DNA of 41,388 nucleotides from Anaerolineae bacterium (GCA_021162125.1 JAGGZG010000348.1:1-41388); one strand, 5' to 3'. Shown: positions 19,495 through 30,872, counted from the stretch's first letter. Notes: generated by a model not told the origin, from the letters alone. Made by a program: numbers and translations.

Positions 19495-19821
19495 CTAGTC
19501 AATCATCGCCCGGCAACGCTTGCACATCCGACTCCTCGTCCCGCTGCTCGTATCGTACACCACCCGAGTCGGCTTCTTGCAGGTAGGACAGACCAACATC
19601 ACGTTGGAGATATGAATAGGAGCTTCAAATTCGATAACACCACCCTGGGCCTGAGTCCGCCCCCCGGTGGGCATGCGGCGCTGGTGCTTTTTCACCAGGT
19701 TGACGCCCGAGACCAACACCCGGCCCTCCTTGGGGAGGACTCGACGCACCGTGCCCCTTTTTCCCCGGTCGTCACCCGCAATCACTTCTACCGTATCGCC
19801 CTTCTTAATCTTCATTGCCAT
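19495..19821 (-). CDS. rplX: 50S ribosomal protein L24 (with C-terminal zinc ribbon)
   Basis: KIKKGDTVEVIAGDDRGKRG KOW motif. C-terminal CPTCKKPTRV...CKRC resembles Thermus-type L24. The start could be 19815 instead of 19821. Confidence 0.93.
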   Translation of the reverse strand: MAMKIKKGDTVEVIAGDDRGKRGTVRRVLPKEGRVLVSGVNLVKKHQRRMPTGGRTQAQGGVIEFEAPIHISNVMLVCPTCKKPTRVVYDTSSGTRSRMCKRCRAMID

Positions 19822-19870
19822 CTATCTCCTGCTCGTGCTGAGACTGGCACTATGCCTCTCATCACGTTGG

Positions 19871-20242
19871 CTAGAGCACCTCCGGCGCCAGCGAGATGAT
19901 CTTCATGAACCCCTTATCGCGCAACTCGCGGGCCACCGGCCCGAAGATACGTGTGCCTTTGGGATTACGACTAGTGCCATCGAGGATCACCGCTGCGTTG
20001 TCGTCAAATCGAATATAAGACCCGTCGCTGCGACCGTACTCTTTTGCCGTGCGCACGATCACCGCCCGCACGACATCTCCCTTCTTGACCGAACCGGTAG
20101 GTGTGGCCTGCTTAACCGAGGCGACAATGATGTCACCGACATGGCCATAACGTCGTTTAGATCCACCCAACACACGGATGCACAAAATCTCTTTAGCGCC
20201 AGTGTTATCGGCCACCCGTAATCTGGTCTCCTGCTGAATCAT
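19871..20242 (-). CDS. rplN: 50S ribosomal protein L14
   Basis: [29 protein letters not shown]-terminus. 123 aa. Confidence 0.97.
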   Translation of the reverse strand: MIQQETRLRVADNTGAKEILCIRVLGGSKRRYGHVGDIIVASVKQATPTGSVKKGDVVRAVIVRTAKEYGRSDGSYIRFDDNAAVILDGTSRNPKGTRIFGPVARELRDKGFMKIISLAPEVL

Positions 20243-20281
20243 CTTTTCCTCCCACGCTGGTTATCCGGTTGTTGTGAGCTC

Positions 20282-20536
20282 TCACTGCTCCCCGGCTTCC
20301 AGAATCTCCTCGACGACCCAGCGCTTCTCGCGACTTAAGGGGCGCGACTCAACGATACGAACCAAATCACCCACTTGACATTTATTGTGCTCATCGTGGG
20401 CCTTATACTTCTTGCTCTTGCGCACCACTTTTTTATAGATGCGATGCCGCTGCAAACGCTCAACCTTGACCACAACGGTCTTGTCCATCTTATTGCTTAC
20501 CACGCGCCCGGTCAGCCGCCTTCGCCGCTCTCTCAT
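20282..20536 (-). CDS. rpsQ: 30S ribosomal protein S17
   Basis: 84 aa with [27 protein letters not shown] signature. Confidence 0.96.
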   Translation of the reverse strand: MRERRRRLTGRVVSNKMDKTVVVKVERLQRHRIYKKVVRKSKKYKAHDEHNKCQVGDLVRIVESRPLSREKRWVVEEILEAGEQ

Positions 20537-20754
20537 TCGGCCCTCTCCTCTTCTGCCATCTGCGCCAACTCGCGCTCTCGCAAGACAGTCTTCAGACGAG
20601 CGATGTCTCGCTTCGTGCGCCTCAACAGGTTGTGATCCTTCAGTTGCTTAATATACAACTGAAAGCGGAAGTTCATCAACCGTTCGTAAGACTCATCCAG
20701 CTTGGCGCGGAGTTCCTCTGTCGTCATCTCACGCAACTCTCGAGCCTCCATCAC
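20533..20754 (-). CDS. rpmC: 50S ribosomal protein L29
   Basis: 73 aa with [27 protein letters not shown]. Start and stop overlap rplP and rpsQ (ATGA junctions). Confidence 0.95.
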   Translation of the reverse strand: MMEARELREMTTEELRAKLDESYERLMNFRFQLYIKQLKDHNLLRRTKRDIARLKTVLRERELAQMAEEERAE

Positions 20755-21182
20755 TCCTCACTCCCTGTAAGCAGATCGCGGCGCATCACAAACTGGGTCT
20801 TGATGGGCAATTTGTGCGCAGCCAGGCGCATCGCCTCTCGCGCCGCGCTCTCCTCAACCCCGGAAATCTCGAAGATTATACGGCCCGGCTTGACAACGGC
20901 CACCCAATGATCCACGGCACCCTTGCCCTTGCCCATGCGCGTCTCCGCTGGTTTCTTGGTGACCGGCTTATCCGGGAAGACTCGAATCCAGAGCTTGCCC
21001 CGCCGCTTGACGTGGCGGACAATCGCCCGCCGCGCCGCCTCGATCTGGCGACTGGTCATCCAGCACGGTTCCAGAGCCTGCAATCCATAGTCACCGAAAG
21101 TGACCTCAGCGCCGCGCCGCGCCCGGCCTTTCATCCGGCCTCGTTGCTGTTTTCGATATTTCACCCGCTTGGGCATCAACAT
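20751..21182 (-). CDS. rplP: 50S ribosomal protein L16
   Basis: [20 protein letters not shown]-terminus. ATG 21182 lies 11 nt after GGAGG. The ORF extension to 21200 begins at TTG inside the SD. Confidence 0.94.
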   Translation of the reverse strand: MLMPKRVKYRKQQRGRMKGRARRGAEVTFGDYGLQALEPCWMTSRQIEAARRAIVRHVKRRGKLWIRVFPDKPVTKKPAETRMGKGKGAVDHWVAVVKPGRIIFEISGVEESAAREAMRLAAHKLPIKTQFVMRRDLLTGSEE

Positions 21183-21438
21183 CGCAATCATCTCCTCCAA
21201 CCACGGCGGGCCGTTTATCAGTCTGGCATCCCTGCCACCCGGCTGAGCGTTCGACTGGGCTCACACCGCAGCCCGCCACCCCCGGCTCCTGCCGGACAGG
21301 GATGTCCGACCGGCCAAACTCGATCCCGCCGGTCACCTATGAACTGGCTTATAGGGCGAGTATTCCCGCCGCCTGGCTGAGCTCACGCCGGAGGCGCAGG
21401 CCGCAGCCCACCTCCCGCGTCAGACAGGGACGTCCGGC

Positions 21439-22110
21439 CTACGCAACGGCCTCCGAAACAGCCTGCGTCTCCTCAGATTTCTGAGGCAGCACCTCACCCT
21501 TGTAGATCCACACCTTGACGCCGATCCGTCCGTAGGTAGTCAAGGCCTCCGCCATACCGTAATCAATGTCCGCCCGCAGGGTGTGCAGTGGCACCCGCCC
21601 TTCGCGGACCCACTCACAACGGGCCATCTCCGCACCGGTCAACCGCCCCTTGCAGGAGATTTTGATCCCCTTGGCCCCCAGACGCATTGCCTGGCGGACC
21701 GCGCGTTTCATCGCCCGGTTGTGGGAGATGCGGTGTTCGAGCTGAATGGCGATATTCTCCGCCACCAGGTAAGCATCCAGGTCTGGCTGCTCTATCTCGC
21801 TCACGTCCACGCGAATGCGCTTGCCAGTCAACTCCTCCAGGTCCCGACGCAACTGTTTAACCGTCGCCCCGCGCCGGCCAATAATAATCCCCGGCTTGGC
21901 GGTATGGATGACGATGCTTACCTGCTTCGGGAAACGTTCAATCTCGATCCGCGAGATGCCCGCCCGTCCCATCTCCCGTCGGATCAGACGGCGAATAGCC
22001 ATATCCTCATGGAGAAGGTCCGCGTACTCCTCGCCCTCAGCATACCAACGGGCATCCCAATCCCTGATTATTCCTAATCGGAACCCAGTTGGGTGTACCT
22101 TTCGGCCCAA
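21439..22110 (-). CDS. rpsC: 30S ribosomal protein S3
   Basis: [25 protein letters not shown]-terminus with KH and S3-C domains. 223 aa. Confidence 0.97.
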   Translation of the reverse strand: MGRKVHPTGFRLGIIRDWDARWYAEGEEYADLLHEDMAIRRLIRREMGRAGISRIEIERFPKQVSIVIHTAKPGIIIGRRGATVKQLRRDLEELTGKRIRVDVSEIEQPDLDAYLVAENIAIQLEHRISHNRAMKRAVRQAMRLGAKGIKISCKGRLTGAEMARCEWVREGRVPLHTLRADIDYGMAEALTTYGRIGVKVWIYKGEVLPQKSEETQAVSEAVA

Positions 22111-22184
22111 TGAATCCCTCCTTTTGGGGTTCAGGTGTCAGATGCGGGTTCGTCCGAGCACAACCACGACCGCTCGCCGATCCC

Positions 22185-22529
22185 CTACTCCTCCACCTCA
22201 CTCAGTACTACGGTAATGTGTGAAGACCGCTTGAGAATCTTCTTGTAACGACCGCGAGCACCCGCACGCCAGCGCTTCATCATCGGGCCCCCGTCCACTG
22301 TCACCTGCGCAATGTACAAGTCCTCGCGGTCCATTCCGATGTTCTCCTCAGCGTTAGCCACTGCTGAACGGATGACCTTGTACATCGGACGCGCCGCTGC
22401 CTGGGGCATGTGTTTCAAAACAGCCAGAGCATCCACCGCTCCCATCCCTCGTACCTGATCGGCGACGAGGCGCACTTTCTGCGGAGACATTCGCACGTAG
22501 CGAGCTACTGCCCTCACTTCAGAAGCCAT
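22185..22529 (-). CDS. rplV: 50S ribosomal protein L22
   Basis: 114 aa with ARYVRMSPQKVRLVADQVRG signature. Confidence 0.96.
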   Translation of the reverse strand: MASEVRAVARYVRMSPQKVRLVADQVRGMGAVDALAVLKHMPQAAARPMYKVIRSAVANAEENIGMDREDLYIAQVTVDGGPMMKRWRAGARGRYKKILKRSSHITVVLSEVEE

Positions 22530-22589
22530 TCTTCTACTCCACTATCCACTGACAGCCAGCCTCATTAACTAACTCATTCCGCCAGCTAC

Positions 22590-22877
22590 TTAAGCCCGCC
22601 TGGCGCGGGTCTTTCTCTCCTTGACTATGTGTCCCCGGTAAGTCCGCGTCGGAGCGAACTCGCCGAGCTTATGACCCACCATATTCTCCGTGATATAGAT
22701 GGGCACATGCCGCCGCCCATCGTGCACGGCTATCGTGTGTCCCACCATCTGCGGGAAGATCGTGGAAGCCCTGGACCAGGTCTTGATCACCTGCTTCTCA
22801 CCCCGCTTGTTCATCTCCTCGATTTTTCTGAGCAGCTTAGGGTCTACGTAAGGCCCTTTCTTCAGCGATCTCGACAC
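22590..22877 (-). CDS. rpsS: 30S ribosomal protein S19
   Basis: [20 protein letters not shown] and [16 protein letters not shown]. 95 aa. Confidence 0.97.
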   Translation of the reverse strand: MSRSLKKGPYVDPKLLRKIEEMNKRGEKQVIKTWSRASTIFPQMVGHTIAVHDGRRHVPIYITENMVGHKLGEFAPTRTYRGHIVKERKTRARRA

Positions 22878-22941
22878 CGTGTACCTCCTGACTCAAATCC
22901 CAACTACCCAACGACCCCCTAACAAATCGGGGTTATGGTCA

Positions 22942-23775
22942 TCACCGCTTCTTACTCCGCCGGCGGACAATCCACTTATCGGTGGACTTATTGCGCCGTG
23001 TCTTCTTGCCCAGTGTGGGCTTGCCCCACGGCGACTTAGGTGAGGGCATGCCGATGGGTGTGCGTCCCTCCCCACCGCCGTGTGGGTGATCGCGTGGGGA
23101 CATCGCCGAGCCACGAACCGCTGGCCGCCAACCCAGATGCCGCTTGCGGCCCGCCTTGCCCAGCTTGATGTGCCCGTGATCGGTATTGCCCACCTGTCCG
23201 ATGGTAGCCATGCACCGCTGATGAATGAGCCGCACCTCCCCACTGGGCAGGCGCACGTGCGCGTAATTCCCTTCCTTGGCCATCAACTGAGCTGACGTGC
23301 CCGCCGAACGGACTAATTGCCCGCCCTTGCCCGGCTGCAATTCAATGTTGTGAATGAGAGTACCTGCCGGAATGTTGGCGAGAGGCAGAGCGTTACCCAC
23401 CCGTATCTCCGCCTCAGGGCCACTCATCACCGTATCACCCACCATCAGGCCCAACGGAGCGATGATGTATCGCTTCTCACCATCGGCATACACCAGCAAA
23501 GCGATGCGCGCCGAGCGATTGGGATCGTACTCAATCGAAGCCACGCGGGCCGGGACGCCCGCCTTATCCCGTTTGAAATCAATGATGCGATAGCGACGCT
23601 TGTGCCCTCCACCCCGATGGCGGACGGTGATCTTGCCTCGCACGTTCCGTCCGGCCTTCTTGCGCAGCGGAGCCAGCAACGAGCGTTCCGGCTCAGTGCT
23701 GGTTATCTCCTCGAACGTGGGGGATGTCATCCCCCGTCGCCCCGGAGACGTGGGCTTGTACACTTTGATACCCAT
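22942..23775 (-). CDS. rplB: 50S ribosomal protein L2
   Basis: [16 protein letters not shown]-terminus. ATG 23775 lies 6 nt after AAGGAG. The ORF extension to 23835 is rejected. Confidence 0.95.
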   Translation of the reverse strand: MGIKVYKPTSPGRRGMTSPTFEEITSTEPERSLLAPLRKKAGRNVRGKITVRHRGGGHKRRYRIIDFKRDKAGVPARVASIEYDPNRSARIALLVYADGEKRYIIAPLGLMVGDTVMSGPEAEIRVGNALPLANIPAGTLIHNIELQPGKGGQLVRSAGTSAQLMAKEGNYAHVRLPSGEVRLIHQRCMATIGQVGNTDHGHIKLGKAGRKRHLGWRPAVRGSAMSPRDHPHGGGEGRTPIGMPSPKSPWGKPTLGKKTRRNKSTDKWIVRRRSKKR

Positions 23776-23914
23776 GACTACTCCTTCATCTCGCAAGCTC
23801 CTGGCGTCCAACCATCCCCATCTGGAATGGCCCACGCCAGCGCGGCAGGCGATACCTCGCTCCCATTACCCGCTCAAACGCTTGCGGCTTCGCCACCTGC
23901 CGCCTTAACAAACC

Positions 23915-24205
23915 CTACACACCCTCGAAGACCTCAATCCGCTCCCCCGGCGCCAAGGTGACAATCGCTTTTTTCCAAGCCGGGATTCGTACCACCCGCC
24001 GCCGGCCGTAGCGTCCCATCTTCGCCGGGACGTTGATGATGTTGACCTTGATCACCTCAACGTCGAACGCTTCCTCCACGGCCTTTTTCACTTGATGCTT
24101 GTTGGCCCGGCGATCCACCTCGAAGGTATATTGACCGAGATAATCTGATTGAAAATTGCTCTTCTCCGTAAGAATCGGCCGCTTCAGAATTTCATAAGGA
24201 TGCAT
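23915..24205 (-). CDS. rplW: 50S ribosomal protein L23
   Basis: MHPYEILKRPILTEKS N-terminus. ATG 24205 follows GGGAGGA. The longer ORF would overlap rplD. Confidence 0.94.
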   Translation of the reverse strand: MHPYEILKRPILTEKSNFQSDYLGQYTFEVDRRANKHQVKKAVEEAFDVEVIKVNIINVPAKMGRYGRRRVVRIPAWKKAIVTLAPGERIEVFEGV

Positions 24206-24221
24206 CGTTCGTCCTCCCGCC

Positions 24222-24845
24222 TCAACCCAGGATCCTCTCAACCTCTTCCAACGCCCCCAACGGCATCAACAAATAGTCGTAACTCAAGAGGTCACGGACG
24301 TTCAGATAGCTGGCCCGCAGGGTACGCACGTCGGGAATATTGCGCACCGACTTCTCGACGCCCTCGTTGCGCTCCGGCAACAGGATAAGCACACTGGCAT
24401 CCAGGCCCAGCTTTCCCAGGACGTCAATCATAGCTCGCGTCCTGGGTGTGTCCATCTCCAACCTGTCCACGCAGACGATCTGCCCGTCGGCGGCCTTCAC
24501 CGAGAGAGCGGAGCGCAAGGCCAGTCGTCGCATCTTGCGCGGCATCTTCTGCCGGTAGCTGCGCGGTCGCGGACCGTGAGCGACGCCGCCACCCCGCCAC
24601 AGGTTCACCTTCCGCGAACCGTGGCGCGCACGACCGGTGCCCTTTTGTCGCCAGACCTTGTGCGTCGTACCGCTCACCTCGCCCCGCGACTTGGTCTTGT
24701 GCGTGCCCAGGCGGGCGTTGGCCAACTGCCGCACCAGCGCCTGGTGCATCACCGCCATATTGGGCTCAATGCCGAAAATATCCTCGCGCAGCTCGGCTTC
24801 GCCAACTGCTTCACCATCTGCGTTGTAAACTGCCACTCGCAACAT
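24222..24845 (-). CDS. rplD: 50S ribosomal protein L4
   Basis: 207 aa with GTHKTKSRGEVSGTTHKVWRQKGTGRARHGS signature. Confidence 0.97.
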   Translation of the reverse strand: MLRVAVYNADGEAVGEAELREDIFGIEPNMAVMHQALVRQLANARLGTHKTKSRGEVSGTTHKVWRQKGTGRARHGSRKVNLWRGGGVAHGPRPRSYRQKMPRKMRRLALRSALSVKAADGQIVCVDRLEMDTPRTRAMIDVLGKLGLDASVLILLPERNEGVEKSVRNIPDVRTLRASYLNVRDLLSYDYLLMPLGALEEVERILG

Positions 24846-24981
24846 TTATCACCTCTGGTACTGATAGTGCTTCATCCTCCCAGCCATTATCACCGGCGCT
24901 GATGATGTCGGCACTGTGAGCTATTCCGAAGGCAATGTTCAGGCACTTTGGGATTTGGTCATTGATCCATTGGGATTTGAC

Positions 24982-25614
24982 CTACCCCTGCTTCCTCGCC
25001 TCTTTGATAATCAACAGCCCGTTACGCGCTCCCGGCACCGCCCCTTTAACGGCCAGCAGATTGCGTTCCGGGTCCACCAGCACTATTTGCAGGTTCTGGA
25101 CCGTGACCCGTGCGTTCCCCATGTGGCCGGGCATGCGTTTGCCCTTGTACACCCGCCCTGGCGTGGTCGTGGAACCAGCGGACCCCGGTGCACGCTCACG
25201 GTCGGACTGGCCATGAGTCTTGGGCTGGCGCTTGAACCCGTGGCGCTTGATAGCACCCGCGAAGCCGCGCCCCTTAGAAGTGCCCACCACGTCTACCCGA
25301 TCACCCACATCGAAGACGCTGACCGTGATCTTCTGCCCCTCCTCGTACTCCTCCAGATCAGAGGCGCGAATTTCACGCAGGTAACGCAGGGGGGGCAGGT
25401 TGCTCTTGCGCAGATGACCACGCTGTCCCCCGGTCAGACGCTTGGGTTTGACTTCCTCGAAACCCAGTTGTATCGCCTCGTACCCATCCCGCTCTATTGT
25501 CTTTTTCTGGACGACGAAACAGGGACCGGCCTCGATAACCGTGACCGGGATAACCTCTCCACGCTCGTCGAATATCTGGGTCATACCCACTTTCTTACCT
25601 AAAATACCCTTCAT
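24982..25614 (-). CDS. rplC: 50S ribosomal protein L3
   Basis: MKGILGKKVGMTQIFDERGEVIPVTVIEAGPC N-terminus. The second ATG (25614) is better spaced from GGAGG than 25617. Confidence 0.94.
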   Translation of the reverse strand: MKGILGKKVGMTQIFDERGEVIPVTVIEAGPCFVVQKKTIERDGYEAIQLGFEEVKPKRLTGGQRGHLRKSNLPPLRYLREIRASDLEEYEEGQKITVSVFDVGDRVDVVGTSKGRGFAGAIKRHGFKRQPKTHGQSDRERAPGSAGSTTTPGRVYKGKRMPGHMGNARVTVQNLQIVLVDPERNLLAVKGAVPGARNGLLIIKEARKQG

Positions 25615-25757
25615 CATCCCCTCCCACAGGGCAAGCCCTCCCCAGTTCCACTGAGTTCCCTCGAATCGTCCCGAGTTCCCCCAGCTTTCCCGTGGGCTCT
25701 CGCCGTTCTTTTTTGTCCAGAGAACGCCGTAGGAACAGCCCAGGAGTTTGCCAGGGG

Positions 25758-26066
25758 CTACATTTTGATCTCGATATCCACGCCCGCCGGCAAGTTCAGA
25801 CGCATCAAAGAATCAATGGTCTTGGACCCAGGGTCAACAACATCAATGAGTCGCTTATGAGTGCGGATCTCGAAATGCTCCTGGGAATCTTTGTCCACGA
25901 AAGGAGAGCGCTGCACCGTAAACCGCTCGATCTTGGTGGGCAAGGGAACGGGCCCCACCACCTGTGCTCCCGTACGCTCCGCCGTCTCTACAATGCGTCG
26001 CGCCGATTGGTCTAGAACCCGATGATCGTAAGCTTTCAAGCGAATTCTGATCCTCTGCTTGGCCAT
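25758..26066 (-). CDS. rpsJ: 30S ribosomal protein S10
   Basis: [34 protein letters not shown]. 102 aa. Confidence 0.97.
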   Translation of the reverse strand: MAKQRIRIRLKAYDHRVLDQSARRIVETAERTGAQVVGPVPLPTKIERFTVQRSPFVDKDSQEHFEIRTHKRLIDVVDPGSKTIDSLMRLNLPAGVDIEIKM

Positions 26067-26139
26067 AGCCCCTCTCTCACCCCGTACTGGGGGCAGGGCG
26101 CGTCATTCACGGCACACCCTGCCCCACCAGGTTCGTCCA

Positions 26140-27357
26140 CTATTCCAGAATCTCGGTGATCACGCCCGCGCCGACGGTAAGGCCACCCTCACGAATGGCG
26201 AACCGCGACCCTGTCTCCAACGCCACCGGCACAATCAACTCTACCTGCAAGTTCACATTGTCCCCAGGCATCACCATCTCTACGCCTTCCGGCAAGGTGA
26301 TCTCCCCGGTCACATCCATCGTCCGAATGTAGAACTGTGGCCGGTACCCAGGGAAGAACGGCTTATGCCGTCCACCCTCGTCTTTGCGCAGGACGTACAC
26401 CTCGCTCATGAACTTGGTGTGCGGCTTGATGCTCCCTGGCTTGGCCAGCACCATTCCACGCTCCACCTCTTTGCGATCAATCCCGCGCAGCAGACAGCCC
26501 ACGTTATCACCAGCTATACCCACATCCAGGGTCTTGTGGAACATTTCCACACCGGTGCACACCGTCTTCCGCACTTCGGGGCGCAGGCCGACGATCTCCA
26601 CTTCCTCGCCCACCTTGATGGTGCCCCGCTCAATGCGGCCGGTGACCACGGTACCTCGGCCCTTGATGCTGAACACGTCCTCGATGGGCATCAGGAATGG
26701 CTTGTCCTCCTCGCGCACCGGCGTCGGGATGTACTCATCCACGGCGTGCATCAGCTCCCAGATGCACTGGTATTCCGGCGCGTCCGGATCGGTGCTGGTG
26801 CTCTGCAATGCCTGGAGTGCACTCCCGCGCACGATGGGGATGTCGTCACCGGGGAACCCGTATTCATCCAGCAGCTCTCGCAGCTCGAGCTCTACCAGCT
26901 CCAATAGTTCCTCATCATCCATCAAGTCACATTTGTTCAGGAACACCACTATGCTCGGCACTTCTACCTGGCGGGCCAGGAGCACGTGCTCGCGCGTCTG
27001 GGGCATCGGCCCATCCGGAGCAGCCACCACCAGGATGGCCCCGTCCATCTGTGCCGCGCCGGTGATCATGTTCTTGATGTAGTCACGGTGTCCAGGGCAG
27101 TCCACGTGGGCGTAGTGACGCTTCTCCGTCTCATACTCCACGTGGGCAATGGCTACCGTCAAGATCTTGGTTGCGTCACGACGGAAGGTCTTGGCATCCG
27201 CCTTGGCCACATCATCGTAACTTTTGTACGATGCTAACCCCTTCAAGGACAACACTTTGGTAATTGCGGCCGTCAGGGTCGTCTTGCCGTGGTCAATGTG
27301 CCCGATAGTTCCCACGTTCACGTGGGGCTTTGTCCGCTCAAACTTCTGCTTCGCCAT
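26140..27357 (-). CDS. tuf: Elongation factor Tu
   Basis: [28 protein letters not shown] with DCPGH and NKCD motifs. ATG 27357 lies 7 nt after AAGGAG. Confidence 0.97.
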   Translation of the reverse strand: MAKQKFERTKPHVNVGTIGHIDHGKTTLTAAITKVLSLKGLASYKSYDDVAKADAKTFRRDATKILTVAIAHVEYETEKRHYAHVDCPGHRDYIKNMITGAAQMDGAILVVAAPDGPMPQTREHVLLARQVEVPSIVVFLNKCDLMDDEELLELVELELRELLDEYGFPGDDIPIVRGSALQALQSTSTDPDAPEYQCIWELMHAVDEYIPTPVREEDKPFLMPIEDVFSIKGRGTVVTGRIERGTIKVGEEVEIVGLRPEVRKTVCTGVEMFHKTLDVGIAGDNVGCLLRGIDRKEVERGMVLAKPGSIKPHTKFMSEVYVLRKDEGGRHKPFFPGYRPQFYIRTMDVTGEITLPEGVEMVMPGDNVNLQVELIVPVALETGSRFAIREGGLTVGAGVITEILE

Positions 27358-27518
27358 TGGATTTCTCCTTTCCATCAATTACCAGGATTTCTGGAGAGGC
27401 CCCTTCCCCCCTCGCAGACCGTAGCGGGGAGCAGGCCCAATACCACCCTAGCAACGTCGGGTATTCTTCTACTCTTATCCTTACACCCATTTCCGGGCGC
27501 GGAAGATAGGCCCGTTAT

Positions 27519-29597
27519 CTAACGCCGTCCTCCCATCAAAATCCGTTCCTTCACTTCGGGTGAAACTTCAGCGTAATGATCAAATTCCATCGTAAAGGTA
27601 CCTCGACCCTGCGTCAGCGAGCGCAGAGTGGTCGCGTACCCAAACATCTCGGCCAACGGAGCATGGGCCTGCACGGCCTGCAATCCCCCACCACGCGGTT
27701 CCATGCCCTCGATCCGCGCTCCCCGGGCGCTGAGATCACCGATCACGTCACCGATAGCCCCCTCAGGAGCCACCACTTCGATTTTCATCACCGGTTCCAG
27801 CAGTGTTGGTTCCGCTTGTTGAACCGCGTTTTTGAGGGCCAGCGAGCCCGCTACTCTGAAAGATAACTCCGACGAATCCACCTCGTGGTAGGACCCTCCC
27901 ACCAACGTAGCTTTGATGCCCACCAGGGGATACCCGGCCAGCACCCCGCTCTCCATTGCCTCGCGCACCCCGCGCTCCACAGCAGGGATAAATTCCGAGG
28001 GGATGTCACCGCCGGAGATCTTCGACTCAAAGACGAACCCCTCGTCCTCCTGCAACGGCTCTATCTCCAACACTACATGGCCATACTGACCACGTCCACC
28101 TGTCTGGCGAATAAATCGGCCCTCGGCACGCGCCGGGCGGGTAATCGTCTCACGGTAAGCCACCTGCGGCTGCCCAACCAACGCCCGCACCTTGAACTCG
28201 CGGAGCATGCGATCCACCAGCACTTCCAGGTGTAGCTCACCCATCCCGGAGATTATCGTCTGGCCGGTATTCTCATCCACCCGCACCCTGAAGGTGGGGT
28301 CCTCCTCGGCCAGCCGCCGCAGCGCCTCGGACATTCTATCCTGATCGGCGTCGGTGCGCGGCTCGATGGCTACCGATATCACCGGCTCCGGGAACTTGAT
28401 GGACTCCAGGATGATAGGGTGCCCGGCGTCACACAGCGTCTCCCCGGTGAAAGTATCCTTCAAGCCCAGCGTCGCGCCGATATCCCCGGCGTAAACCTCG
28501 CTTATCTCCTCCCGCCGGTTGGCGTACATGCGCAGCAGCCGCCCAATGCGCTCCTTCTTGCCCTTGTTGGCATTGCGCACCACCTGCCCGGCCCTGATGC
28601 GTCCCGAATAGACTCGGAAATAGGCCAGGCGACCCATGTAAGGATCGAGCACGATCTTGAATACCAAGGCGGCCAGGGGTGCATGCTCATCGGCCCGCCG
28701 CTCCTCCGGCACACCCGTCTTGGGATGAACACCGACGACGGGGCGCACCTCCAAAGGAGAGGGCAGGTAATCTACCACCGCGTCCAGAAGCGGTTGGATG
28801 CCCTTATTGCGCAATGCAGAGCCACACAGCACCGGCACCAATTCTGTCCGCAACGTCGCCCGTCGCAGAGCGGCGCGTAGCTCCTGGGCCGTGACTTCCT
28901 CGCCTTCCAGATACCTGAGCATAAGATCGTCATCGGTCTCGATCACGGCCTCCACCAGCTCTTCGCGGCGTGTTGTGGCCTCCTCCACGATCTCAGCCGG
29001 AATCTCGCCCACCTCCGGACGAGTACCCAGGTCATCCACGTAGATCAACGCCTGCATCTCCAGCAGGTCTACCACCCCACGAAAAGAGCCCTCGACGCCA
29101 ATGGGTATCTGTATCGCCACCGGATTCGCGGCCAGGCGCTCTCTAATCATCTCGACCGTGCGCCAGAAATTGGCCCCCACGCGGTCCATTTTGTTAACGA
29201 AGCAGATGCGCGGCACGCCGTAACGGTCGGCCTGCCGCCACACCGTCTCCGACTGCGGTTCTACTCCGGCTACCGCATCGAAGACTACAATTCCGCCATC
29301 CAGCACGCGAAGGCTGCGTTGCACCTCCGCTGTGAAGTCAATGTGGCCTGGCGTATCAATAATGTTAATCTGGTGCTCTCGCCAAAAGCAGGTGATCGCC
29401 GCTGCCGTGATGGTAATCCCCCGCTCGCGCTCCTGCTCCATCCAGTCAGTGACCGTGGTGCCCTCGTCCACGTTACCCATACGGTGCGTCCGGCCGGTAT
29501 AGAACAACATCCGTTCGGTCGTGGTCGTCTTGCCCGCGTCAATGTGGGCGATTATCCCAATGTTACGCACTTGTTCCAAGGGGCATTCCCGTGGCAT
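27519..29597 (-). CDS. fusA: Elongation factor G
   Basis: 692 aa with [34 protein letters not shown] and NKMD motifs. Confidence 0.97.
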   Translation of the reverse strand: MPRECPLEQVRNIGIIAHIDAGKTTTTERMLFYTGRTHRMGNVDEGTTVTDWMEQERERGITITAAAITCFWREHQINIIDTPGHIDFTAEVQRSLRVLDGGIVVFDAVAGVEPQSETVWRQADRYGVPRICFVNKMDRVGANFWRTVEMIRERLAANPVAIQIPIGVEGSFRGVVDLLEMQALIYVDDLGTRPEVGEIPAEIVEEATTRREELVEAVIETDDDLMLRYLEGEEVTAQELRAALRRATLRTELVPVLCGSALRNKGIQPLLDAVVDYLPSPLEVRPVVGVHPKTGVPEERRADEHAPLAALVFKIVLDPYMGRLAYFRVYSGRIRAGQVVRNANKGKKERIGRLLRMYANRREEISEVYAGDIGATLGLKDTFTGETLCDAGHPIILESIKFPEPVISVAIEPRTDADQDRMSEALRRLAEEDPTFRVRVDENTGQTIISGMGELHLEVLVDRMLREFKVRALVGQPQVAYRETITRPARAEGRFIRQTGGRGQYGHVVLEIEPLQEDEGFVFESKISGGDIPSEFIPAVERGVREAMESGVLAGYPLVGIKATLVGGSYHEVDSSELSFRVAGSLALKNAVQQAEPTLLEPVMKIEVVAPEGAIGDVIGDLSARGARIEGMEPRGGGLQAVQAHAPLAEMFGYATTLRSLTQGRGTFTMEFDHYAEVSPEVKERILMGGRR

Positions 29598-29705
29598 TTG
29601 AATGGCTCCACAGCCAGGAAATCGAGTGATTCGGCAGTTAGTCTTAAGGAGCCGGCGCTAACCACCCACCAGACCCAATCACCTGGAAGATGAGGGAGTA
29701 GAGGC

Positions 29706-30176
29706 TTACCAGCGATAGTGAGCGAAAGCCTTGTTAGCTTCAGCCATTTTGTGCGTATCTTCTCGCTTTTTAATCGTCGCGCCAGTACCCTGCGCCGCGT
29801 CTATCAACTCATTGGCCAACTTCTCGGCCATGGACTTGCCTGGGCGGTTTCGTGCAGATTGTGTCAGCCAGCGCATCGCCAGCGACAGTTGCCGATCAGG
29901 TGGCACCTCCACGGGCACCTGATAGGTCGCACCACCCACGCGCCGGGGCTTCACCTCCAGGATCGGAGTCGCGTTCTTGATGGCCTGCTCAAACACGTCC
30001 AAAGGATTGCGGTGCATCCGCGCCTCGATGATGTCGAAAGCATCGTACAGAATCCGGGCGGCCTGGCTTTTCTTACCGCCCTTCATCAGACGATTGATGA
30101 ACTTAGCCACAATCACGCTATTGTATTTGATATCGGGTTCAATCTTCCTCTTGGGAGGACGATAACGTCTTGGCAT
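29706..30176 (-). CDS. rpsG: 30S ribosomal protein S7
   Basis: [20 protein letters not shown] ... KAFAHYRW. 156 aa. Confidence 0.97.
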   Translation of the reverse strand: MPRRYRPPKRKIEPDIKYNSVIVAKFINRLMKGGKKSQAARILYDAFDIIEARMHRNPLDVFEQAIKNATPILEVKPRRVGGATYQVPVEVPPDRQLSLAMRWLTQSARNRPGKSMAEKLANELIDAAQGTGATIKKREDTHKMAEANKAFAHYRW

Positions 30177-30241
30177 GTCTCGCTCCTGATTCGGACCCCT
30201 GCAACTGAACAGCAGTCAATGGGCCACATGCGCCGCCTGTC

Positions 30242-30670
30242 TTATTCTACCCTCTTCTTAGGTCGCTTCGACCCGTATTTGGACCGCTGCTGCCTGCGAT
30301 CCTCAACACCACCGGCGTCTAGCGCACCTCGGACGATGTGATAGCGCACACCTGGCAAATCCTTCACGCGACCGCCGCGCACCAGCACCACCGAGTGCTC
30401 CTGCAAAGTATGCCCCTCACCAGGAATGTACGCCGTCACTTCAATGCCATTGGTAAGACGCACACGGGCAATCTTGCGCAGCGCCGAGTTAGGCTTCTTG
30501 GGAGTCATCGTCCGCACCTGGGTGCACACCCCCCGCTTCTGGGGCGCTCCCTTGCTTATCCGCCGACGCTGGCCCTTCAGCGCATTGTAAGTGTAAAGCA
30601 ACGCCGGGGCCTTGCTCTTGCTTCGCTTGCGTGAGCGACCTTTTTTAACCAACTGATTGATGGTTGGCAA
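30242..30670 (-). CDS. rpsL: 30S ribosomal protein S12
   Basis: [12 protein letters not shown] ... [19 protein letters not shown] ... [16 protein letters not shown]. 142 aa. Confidence 0.97.
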   Translation of the reverse strand: MPTINQLVKKGRSRKRSKSKAPALLYTYNALKGQRRRISKGAPQKRGVCTQVRTMTPKKPNSALRKIARVRLTNGIEVTAYIPGEGHTLQEHSVVLVRGGRVKDLPGVRYHIVRGALDAGGVEDRRQQRSKYGSKRPKKRVE

Positions 30671-30805
30671 TTCTTTCCTCCCTTGGGATTAACAAACCCC
30701 TCGTCCATTCCACTGAACGAGGCCATCGAAGAGTCGTGATGGCCTCATCAGTCCCTACGTACTCAAAGTAGTTCTAATCCACAACCGCAGTTGGCCGGAA
30801 TGTCT

Positions 30806-30872
30806 GTCATCCTGAGCGCCCGAAGCCTGTTCCTGATAAGCGATTCTTCCTTGCTTCGCTCCTCAGAATGAC
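30806..30872. repeat. Long imperfect hairpin (GTCATCCTGAGCG...CGCTCCTCAGAATGAC) between rpoB and rpsL
   Basis: GTCATCCTGAG / CTCAGAATGAC and CGAAGC / GCTTCG pair around an internal loop and a 26-nt apical loop. It shares the word TCCTGAGCG with the 6150-6360 repeat. Confidence 0.5.

Noticed and set aside
24948-24979. Exact 10-nt direct repeat TTGGGATTTG x2 with 22-nt period just downstream of the rplC stop
   Set aside because: About one such short-range 10-mer repeat is expected by chance in 41 kb, and there is no further supporting symmetry or context.
26059-26907. 282-aa plus-strand ORF (with 26384-27082 and 26697-27065) antisense to tuf
   Set aside because: Entirely antisense to a perfectly conserved EF-Tu gene. 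Low-complexity His/Leu/Pro/Arg-rich translation and no SD. This is a typical long antisense ORF in high-GC DNA.
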